A stretch of 64,000 nt of DNA from Sedimentisphaerales bacterium (GTDB lineage Bacteria; Planctomycetota; Phycisphaerae; Sedimentisphaerales; Anaerobacaceae). This document shows, piece by piece, positions 37,560 through 44,629 of this stretch. Numbering within the stretch: position 1 is the stretch's first letter; each line of letters begins with the position of its first letter. The translations under genes and the position numbers were made by a program. A model generated the notes under the pieces. It ran no database searches. It was not told the origin of the DNA and saw only the letters and a list, made by a program, of their open reading frames with translations. Location: positions 96,001 to 160,000 of the forward strand of contig JAXGYC010000009.1 in the NCBI GenBank assembly GCA_040772485.1, given 5' to 3'.

Positions 37560-38408
37560 GCGGTCTACGAGTACGACGTCTATGGCCAGGTGGCCGCCTC
37601 CGACCCGAACCATCCCAACCGCTTCCTGTTCACCGGCCGCGAGTTCGACAAGGAAACCGGCCTCTACTACTACCGCGCCCGCTACTACAACCCGACCATC
37701 GGCCGCTTCCTCCAGACCGACCCCATCGGCTATGAAGACGGCCTCAATATGTACACCTACTGCAGCAACAATCCCTCGGCGTTCTCAGACCCGAGTGGAC
37801 TGTACAGAATCTGCTGGGGTCTGCAAACGACCGAAGAGCAGAAGAGCTACATCCTTGCGAGCTTCAAAAGAGTGCGAACGATATGTGACAATCGCATTCA
37901 AGAAATCGGTGATCTACTATCGATGATACGCGAGACGAGCGAGGTCAATCCGGTCTACGACGTGACCTTGCTCCAAGAGCTGGCCACGTTAAGATATGTA
38001 CTGAAGCAGATTAGAGATGGGATTGATTCGGACACCGAGCGACTGATAGTGCGAGTGGGGGACTTAGGGGAGGAGCGTTATGGAATCTACAACCCCCCTT
38101 GGCCAGAGGGTACGAGTTTGACTAGGTTCCCCGTGTTAACCTACAGTAGTCGTTACAGGTCTCCAGCACCGAATTGTATCGACATGGACGTAACCACCTT
38201 GCACGAACTAAGTCACAAGTATGGTACGGCAGACACCGGCGATGGATGGATGAATGCCTATTTCCTCGAGAAATTGGTTGAGCACTGGGTTGGGGAGGAT
38301 TTCTGGTTCAAGTACTACTGGAGTCTGATGTTCCGTGACCCGGCTACGGGCATTTGTCCTAAACCATTCGATACCTCGGATCCGCAAGCCTGGGAATCAC
38401 CGAATTAG
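37560..38408 (+). pseudogene. Orphan Rhs core tip with C-terminal HExxH (aspzincin/M35-like) metallopeptidase toxin domain
   Basis: YDVYG...FTGREFDKETGLYYYRARYYNPTIGRFLQTDPIG...Y.Y..NNP....DPSG, then HELSHKYGTAD; no proper start or N-terminal Rhs repeats. Confidence 0.88.
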
Positions 38409-38421
38409 GAAGGGGGTATGT

Positions 38422-38934
38422 ATGCAGTTTACCAAGAAGCGTATTCGTCGCTTGTCAATCGCTGTTGCGGCTGTACTGCTGCTGTTCGCTGTGCCCCTAT
38501 TCGCGCACCGTCCTTGGACGTACAGCGCCCGCAGGGCCATCGATGTCAACAGTGGGGATGTCCTCGATCGAGTAGTTGTGTGCGGTATGCGGATCAGTGA
38601 GGATATCCACCCGTCGGCGTTTTCAGAAGAACTGCGCAGGCTTAAGATCGATGTCTCGCAAAAACGGCGTTGGATGCAAGTAGACGCAGTAGTCTTAAGG
38701 GGCAGGCCTATTTCATACAGGTATGGGGGCACCATTGACAAATGCAACCTGCTGATCAAGTTGTTCGATACGTGCCAAATCCCAGACACACAGCGGCCTG
38801 CCATCCTGGTAGAGGCTCTGATAATCCTACAGAATGGAGACCTCAAGCAGATGGACGGATTGCTCGATAGACTGGGTGACCGTATCCCTTGGGGAGGGGA
38901 CCCGGTTGAGGGGCAGCCCTCACAGGCAGATTGA
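38422..38934 (+). CDS. Putative immunity protein with N-terminal membrane anchor
   Basis: Starts 13 nt after the Rhs-CT stop, same lower GC, one hydrophobic segment. Confidence 0.6.
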   Translation: MQFTKKRIRRLSIAVAAVLLLFAVPLFAHRPWTYSARRAIDVNSGDVLDRVVVCGMRISEDIHPSAFSEELRRLKIDVSQKRRWMQVDAVVLRGRPISYRYGGTIDKCNLLIKLFDTCQIPDTQRPAILVEALIILQNGDLKQMDGLLDRLGDRIPWGGDPVEGQPSQAD

Positions 38935-39168
38935 GGGTCTGGCCTTTCGATAATCATTAACATAATGACGCGCGGATGGTGCGCGCAGAATGAACTCATG
39001 ACTACGGAAGGATAAAGAATCATGAGGAAGCACAGAGAGAACGTCACGAGCGTAAGGACCGGTACATCGCATTCCAGCAGCCCGTCAGCCTGTGCGAGGG
39101 TCATCTGGCCGCTGCTGTCTGCGGGAAATCCGTCGGAGGGTGGGGCCAGCCCTTAAAATACAAATTAG

Positions 39169-39959
39169 GGACAGGTTGAGGGTCAGGCCTTTCGATAAGA
39201 AATCCGGGGACACCATACGCATTTAGAGACATTTGGTTGACAGCGTGGCAGCCGATCGCTACGCTGCGGGTATGGCGCGGCTGGCGAGAGTTGTGGTTCC
39301 GGGCATTCCGCATCACGTGACGCAGCGGGGCAATCGGCGTCAGGAAACGTTTTTCGTCGAGGCCGATTACCAGGCCTACGTGGCGTTGTTGAGCGAATGG
39401 TGCGGTCGCTGCGGCGTGGCGGTCTGGGCGTACTGTCTGATGCCCAATCACGTGCATCTGATCGTGGTGCCGAGTTCGGAAGACGGACTGCGTCTTGCCC
39501 TGGGCGAAGCGCACCGGCGCTATACCCGGCGGGTCAACTTCCGCGAAGGTTGGCGTGGGCATCTGTGGCAGGGTCGCTTCGCATCCTTCGCGATGGACGA
39601 GCGGTACCTGTTGCGGGCGGCGCGCTATGTAGAGCGCAACCCGGTTCGCGCCAAATTGTGTCGGGTGCCCTGGCGATGGCGCTGGTCGAGTGCCGCAGCG
39701 CATATCGCGGGGCGCGATGACGGCATCGTGCGGGTTCGACCCCTGCTGGAACGCGCGCCGGACTGGCGTGAGTTTCTGACGGAGGGGACGCAGGCAGAGG
39801 AGGGGACTCTGCTACGCCTTCACGAACGAACGGGCCGCCCTCTGGGCGAAGCGGCGTTTCTCGATCGGATCGAGAAGAAACTCGGACGGTCCGTACGCCC
39901 CGCCAAGCCCGGCCGCAAATCAAAACAAGAGGAGAAATAAGTATGCTGTCCCCGGATTT
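39169..39959 (+). mobile_element. RAYT/Y1 transposase unit, copy 1, with 19-bp imperfect inverted ends
   Basis: AAATCCGGGGACACCATAC (39200-39218) and GTATGCTGTCCCCGGATTT (39941-39959); direct repeat of 40857-41647. Confidence 0.85.
39272..39940 (+). CDS. rayT: REP-associated tyrosine (Y1 HUH) transposase
   Basis: PHHVTQRGN, AYCLMPNHVHL (HUH), GHLWQGRF, YVERNPVRA, W.WSS. Confidence 0.93.
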   Translation: MARLARVVVPGIPHHVTQRGNRRQETFFVEADYQAYVALLSEWCGRCGVAVWAYCLMPNHVHLIVVPSSEDGLRLALGEAHRRYTRRVNFREGWRGHLWQGRFASFAMDERYLLRAARYVERNPVRAKLCRVPWRWRWSSAAAHIAGRDDGIVRVRPLLERAPDWREFLTEGTQAEEGTLLRLHERTGRPLGEAAFLDRIEKKLGRSVRPAKPGRKSKQEEK

Positions 39960-40075
39960 GCCTGGAACAGACATTCAACGACCTCTACCGCGAGCGTCGA
40001 CGGGCAGGAGATAGACTGTTCCGTTTCGTGCTTTGGGTGTTCGTCGAGACATTCGCGGGAATTATCAGGGAGAAC

Positions 40076-40651
40076 ATGATGTTTATGCTTATGCAAGATA
40101 TTACAAAAAGACTGGTGGTATGGGCTGCTGTCGTAACAGTTATATCAGCGATACCCGCCGCAATGATGTTCTTTGGTGTCGAGGGTTGGAATTGGGACTT
40201 GTCCGATTTCGCTCTTATGGGCACCGTCCTGTTTAGCGTCGGTCTCGCGTATGAGGTGATAGCAAGAAGATCGGAGAAGACCGTGTATCGAGTCGCTTTG
40301 GGCGTTGGACTTGTGGCAGCTTTTCTTCTTTTCTGGGTGAATGGCGCCGTCGGCATTATTGGAAGCGGGGACAACCCCGCCAACTGGATGTACGGAGCAG
40401 TATTCGCTGTCGGACTCATCGGCTCCCTTATTTCACGTGGCAAGTCGCGCGGAATGGCACGTACATTGTTTGCGGCAGCACTTGTTCAGATGTTGGTTCC
40501 AGTAGTTGCACTCCTCATCTGGCCAACTCAGGCCTCTTGGGGCGAGGTGGGCGTTGTCGGCGTGTTCGTTGTCAATTGCATTTTCGCGCTGCTGTTTGCC
40601 GGTTCGGGATCGCTGTTCTTATGCGCGGCATACAAGGAAAACCAGAACTAA
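40076..40651 (+). CDS. Multi-TM membrane protein (cargo between the RAYT copies), lower GC
   Basis: Six hydrophobic segments; WNWDLSDF, LLFWVNGAVGIIG. Confidence 0.8.
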   Translation: MMFMLMQDITKRLVVWAAVVTVISAIPAAMMFFGVEGWNWDLSDFALMGTVLFSVGLAYEVIARRSEKTVYRVALGVGLVAAFLLFWVNGAVGIIGSGDNPANWMYGAVFAVGLIGSLISRGKSRGMARTLFAAALVQMLVPVVALLIWPTQASWGEVGVVGVFVVNCIFALLFAGSGSLFLCAAYKENQN

Positions 40652-40695
40652 GCATTGCCACTTTGTTGCAGGGGGAATTAAGGAGAGTTTCCACA

Positions 40696-40815
40696 GTGGA
40701 CATCCCACGGATATTCAACATCATGGAGAGTGCTCACCGCATCCACAACCCGATCACAGCCGAAAAGCTCGCCACTCTCGGCGCAGCGCTGCGTCTGGAA
40801 TCGGGTTCAGGCTAA
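40696..40815 (+). pseudogene. 5' fragment of a YjhP-like SAM methyltransferase gene
   Basis: AAGGAG SD plus GTG; VDIPRIFNIMESAHRIHNPITAEKLATLGAALRL resembles the YjhP-family N-terminus as I recall it; stops before SAM motif I. Confidence 0.7.
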
Positions 40816-40856
40816 AGGCTATGAGTCGGCGGGAATACAAGAAATGCCGGCTGAGT

Positions 40857-41647
40857 GGACAGGTTGAGGGTCAGGCCTTTCGATAAGAAATCCGGGGACA
40901 CCATACGCATTTAGAGACATTTGGTTGACAGCGTGGCAGCCGATCGCTACGCTGCGGGTATGGCGCGGCTGGCGAGAGTTGTGGTTCCGGGCATTCCGCA
41001 TCACGTGACGCAGCGGGGCAATCGGCGTCAGGAAACGTTTTTCGTCGAGGCCGATTACCAGGCCTACGTGGCGTTGTTGAGCGAATGGTGCGGTCGCTGC
41101 GGCGTGGCGGTCTGGGCGTACTGTCTGATGCCCAATCACGTGCATCTGATCGTGGTGCCGAGTTCGGAAGACGGACTGCGTCTTGCCCTGGGCGAAGCGC
41201 ACCGGCGCTATACCCGGCGGGTCAACTTCCGCGAAGGTTGGCGTGGGCATCTGTGGCAGGGTCGCTTCGCATCCTTCGCGATGGACGAGCGGTACCTGTT
41301 GCGGGCGGCGCGCTATGTAGAGCGCAACCCGGTTCGCGCCAAATTGTGTCGGGTGCCCTGGCGATGGCGCCGGTCGAGTGCCGCAGCGCATATCGCGGGG
41401 CGCGATGACGGCATCGTGCGGGTTCGACCCCTGCTGGAACGCGCGCCGGACTGGCGTGAGTTTCTGACGGAGGGGACGCAGGCAGAGGAGGGGACTCTGC
41501 TGCGCCTTCACGAACGAACGGGCCGCCCTCTGGGCGAAGCGGCGTTTCTCGATCGGATCGAGAAGAAACTCGGACGGCCCGTACGCCCCGCCAAGCCCGG
41601 CCGCAAACCAAAACAAGTGGAGAAATAAGTATGCTGTCCCCGGATTT
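40857..41647 (+). mobile_element. RAYT/Y1 transposase unit, copy 2
   Basis: Offset 1688 nt from copy 1; inverted ends at 40888-40906 and 41629-41647. Confidence 0.85.
40960..41628 (+). CDS. rayT: REP-associated tyrosine (Y1 HUH) transposase, second copy
   Basis: Same motifs as copy 1; four amino-acid differences in the ORF-track translations (W/R, S/P, S/P, E/V). Confidence 0.93.
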   Translation: MARLARVVVPGIPHHVTQRGNRRQETFFVEADYQAYVALLSEWCGRCGVAVWAYCLMPNHVHLIVVPSSEDGLRLALGEAHRRYTRRVNFREGWRGHLWQGRFASFAMDERYLLRAARYVERNPVRAKLCRVPWRWRRSSAAAHIAGRDDGIVRVRPLLERAPDWREFLTEGTQAEEGTLLRLHERTGRPLGEAAFLDRIEKKLGRPVRPAKPGRKPKQVEK

Positions 41648-41849
41648 TCCCGGATTTCCCGCTGCCACACGCATGCCCGGCCTTTGCACACACCCCGTCT
41701 TCGCACACCCCGCGACCCCCCGTTCGCCGCGTGCTCCCAGGAGCATCACGCCTTACGGCGTCACTACAAACGAGCGCCCAAGAGCCGCAGGACAGGCCTT
41801 GCCGCGAAATCCGCACAGACACAGGAGGGGAAATCCGGGTGTTTTCCGC

Positions 41850-41900
41850 TTGACCGGGGATTGGCGATCCCGTATTCTGAAGTGAGATTACAGATGTAAT
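41850..41900 (+). promoter_or_regulatory. blaI promoter with BlaI/CopY-type operator
   Basis: TTGACC-17 nt-TATTCT; palindrome ATTACA-ga-TGTAAT (41887-41900) matches the TACA-N2-TGTA consensus. Confidence 0.85.
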
Positions 41901-41916
41901 TGCATGGGAGGGACGT

Positions 41917-42297
41917 GTGAAAGGACTGCCGAGAATCTCGGACGCGGAGTGGTCGGTGATGACGGTGCTGTGGTCCAAGCCGGGCCAGACGGCCGACGAG
42001 GTCGTCGCGGCGCTGCGGGGCAAGGTCACCTGGACCGCGCGGACCGTCCGCACCCTCATCAACCGCCTGTTGCGCAAAAAGGCGTTGAAGTACGAAAAGG
42101 AAGGGCGCAGGTACCGTTACTTCCCGCTCGTCAATCGGGACCAGTGCATCCGGCGCGAGCGGCGCTCATTCGTGCAGCGCGTCTACGGCGGCACCGTGAC
42201 TCCGATGCTGGCCGCCTTCATCGACGACGCCCAGCTCTCGCCCGAAGACATCCGCGACCTGAAGCGCATGCTTGACGAAAAGGACCGGGCGCAATGA
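41917..42297 (+). CDS. BlaI/MecI/CopY family repressor
   Basis: ISDAEWSVMTVLW, WTARTVRTLINRL, Y.Y.PLV, FVQRVYGG. Confidence 0.95.
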   Translation: MKGLPRISDAEWSVMTVLWSKPGQTADEVVAALRGKVTWTARTVRTLINRLLRKKALKYEKEGRRYRYFPLVNRDQCIRRERRSFVQRVYGGTVTPMLAAFIDDAQLSPEDIRDLKRMLDEKDRAQ

Positions 42298-43868
42298 TGG
42301 CTTCTCTGGCCATGCACCTGCAACCGTTGCTGGACCGGCTCGTGCACACGACCTGGCACGCCGGCGTGCTGGTCTGTCTGATCCTGCTGGCCCAGAGGGT
42401 CTGCGCACGCCGGATCGACGCGCGCGGGCGTCACGCGCTGTGGCTCCTGCTGCTGATCCGCATGGCGCTGCCTTGGGCGCCTGCCAGCGGCCTGAGCGTG
42501 CACAACCTGCTGCCCTCAAGCCCGCGCATCGCTGCGCCGTCGGTCTGCGATGCACACCCTGCGAGCTCAGGTCCGTTGGATCCTTCAGGTCCCGGAGGAC
42601 TCAAGCGACCTGAGGGACCTGAGGGACATCCGATCGTCGGTGTGCGGTACACACCCTGCGTGTTGTCGCTGGTCTGGCTGGCGGGCGCTGCGGGTTTGGC
42701 CGGCTGTATCGTGGCCGCCCACCTGCGGCTCGCCCGGGTCCTGCGTCGCGGCAGGCCGGTGAGTGACCGATGGATTCTTGGCCTGCTCGAAGAGTGCAAG
42801 GATCTGATCGGCGTCCGGGCGGCGGTGGAGGTGATCGCGACGCGCGAGGTTGCCGGGCCGGCGCTGTGCGGCTGGCTCCGTCTGCGACTGCTGATGCCCG
42901 CCGCGGCGCTGGCCGAGCGGGACCGCCGCAGCCTGCGTCACATCTTCCTGCACGAACTGGCCCACCTCAAACGTCACGACATTCTCGTCGGCCACGTCGC
43001 CAGCCTGCTGCACGCGGTGCACTGGTTCAACCCGCTGATCGCGCTGGGCCTGCGGCGGATGCGGGCCGACCGCGAGCTGGCCTGTGACGAGATGGCCTTG
43101 TCCGCGCTGGCGCCTGAGGAAACCGCCGCGTACGGACGCACCATCGTCCATCAGATCGAGCGGTTGGTCCTGTCGCGGCCCCGATGGGCGATGGCCGGAC
43201 TGTGCGGAGACAAGGCCCGCATTCGGGAGCGGATCGCCATGATCTCCCTGTTCCAGAAGCACACCCGCCGGTGGCCTGGCGCAGTGCTCGTGCTGATGGC
43301 GTGCCTGGCCTGCGTCGGATTGACGGAGGGCCTGACCCCCGAACCGCCGGGATCGCAGGGACCCGACAGGGTCCTGCCCACCACGCACCAGGACGACCAC
43401 GCCAACATCATCCGGGTCTATATCCGCCACCTGGACACGGGCAAGTATCTGGTGGCGGACGGTGCCACGGTTCGCTGTGACGCCGACGAGCCGGGCGAGG
43501 CGGGGCTGTGGGAGGCCCGATTCGATGAAGACCTGGGCAACGGGGACGACCGCGTTTTTCTGTACTCTGCCGCTGCGAACCGCTATCTCGCTTGCGATCA
43601 GCGGGGGAGCCTCGCGCTCGACCGGCCCGACCCGGACGAGGCGGGACGCTGGATCGTCTGGTCCGGCCCCCAGGGGGTCTGGTTGATCTCGGATACGTAT
43701 AAGGATGGGTACGTCCGCCTGGACGAACAGGGGCAGGTCCGGGCGGTGCACTTCGGCCGGGATGCTCGCAGCTACTGGGACGTGCAGCAGGTCTGGAGGG
43801 TCAAGACCTCCGACGATCCGGTGTCCAACCCGGAATGGCGCCGGCAGCACGTGCCCGGCCCCGACTGA
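42294..43868 (+). CDS. BlaR1-like M56 metallopeptidase with a non-penicillin-binding C-terminal domain (fascin/beta-trefoil-like)
   Basis: LWLLLLIR, HELAHLKRHD, HWFNP, RELACD; C-terminal repeats TGKYLVAD / ANRYLACD / KDGYVRLD. Confidence 0.9.
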   Translation: MMASLAMHLQPLLDRLVHTTWHAGVLVCLILLAQRVCARRIDARGRHALWLLLLIRMALPWAPASGLSVHNLLPSSPRIAAPSVCDAHPASSGPLDPSGPGGLKRPEGPEGHPIVGVRYTPCVLSLVWLAGAAGLAGCIVAAHLRLARVLRRGRPVSDRWILGLLEECKDLIGVRAAVEVIATREVAGPALCGWLRLRLLMPAAALAERDRRSLRHIFLHELAHLKRHDILVGHVASLLHAVHWFNPLIALGLRRMRADRELACDEMALSALAPEETAAYGRTIVHQIERLVLSRPRWAMAGLCGDKARIRERIAMISLFQKHTRRWPGAVLVLMACLACVGLTEGLTPEPPGSQGPDRVLPTTHQDDHANIIRVYIRHLDTGKYLVADGATVRCDADEPGEAGLWEARFDEDLGNGDDRVFLYSAAANRYLACDQRGSLALDRPDPDEAGRWIVWSGPQGVWLISDTYKDGYVRLDEQGQVRAVHFGRDARSYWDVQQVWRVKTSDDPVSNPEWRRQHVPGPD

Positions 43869-43959
43869 CGCAGCAGATTGCGGTATCCGCACCACAGATG
43901 AAGCGCTGAACGGGTACACCAGCAGAAGGCATCGTACGGCGGGGGAGAATGGAGCGGCA

Positions 43960-44583
43960 ATGGTAGTGACAGATGACGCCATTGGGGACGGCCTGCTGTT
44001 CGCCGGCGACAGTCCGGCGACAACTGACGCGCTGACCGCCGCGCTCGGGACGTCGGGCCCGCGCCTGACGCGGTCCGTGACGCCGGACGAATGCCTCGAC
44101 CGGCTCGGCACGTGCGGCTGCGGTCTGTTGATCCTCGACGCCACCGGCCGGACCGATGGTGTCTTGAACGTGCTGGCGAAGGCCAGACGAATCCATCCCG
44201 ATGTTCCGGCGCTGGTTCTGGTCCGGCACGGGGACACGCCCACCGCCGTGCAGGCGATGAAGGCCGGGGCGTCCGATTGCCTCGAAACCCCTTTCGATCC
44301 GGCCCAATTGCGGGCTGCCGTCGAATCCCTTTGCCGGCAGACCTCTCTCCAACCGGTCAGCCGTCGTGCGGCTCTGACGCCGGCGGAAGAGGTTGTGCTG
44401 GGCCACATCCTCGAAGGCCGCACCAATCAGGAGATTGCCAACCTGCTTTGTCGTTCGACTCGCACGATCGAGGTGCACCGCCGCCACCTCATGACCAAGC
44501 TCGGCGCCACGAACTTGGTCGATCTGGTCAGACGCTCCATGCAAATCGAAGCCGCCCGCAACCACCACCCCGCTGATCGCTGA
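43960..44583 (+). CDS. FixJ/LuxR-family response regulator with atypical receiver
   Basis: AVQAMKAGASDCLETPF; LTPAEEVVL...GRTNQEIA..L..S.RTIEVHR HTH. Confidence 0.85.
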   Translation: MVVTDDAIGDGLLFAGDSPATTDALTAALGTSGPRLTRSVTPDECLDRLGTCGCGLLILDATGRTDGVLNVLAKARRIHPDVPALVLVRHGDTPTAVQAMKAGASDCLETPFDPAQLRAAVESLCRQTSLQPVSRRAALTPAEEVVLGHILEGRTNQEIANLLCRSTRTIEVHRRHLMTKLGATNLVDLVRRSMQIEAARNHHPADR

Positions 44584-44629
44584 GTCCGTCGCCCGTCGCG
44601 GGCTGCTCGTTGCGGCTGGCCGGGCGGCG

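Noticed and set aside
39272..41628. IS200/IS605 element with TnpB
   Set aside because: The protein is 222 aa with RAYT-type motifs (QRGN, NPVRA, WSS) and there is no tnpB.
34450..41770. Genomic island integrated at tRNA-Pro
   Set aside because: I saw no integrase and no duplicate of the tRNA 3' end (attR) in the window.
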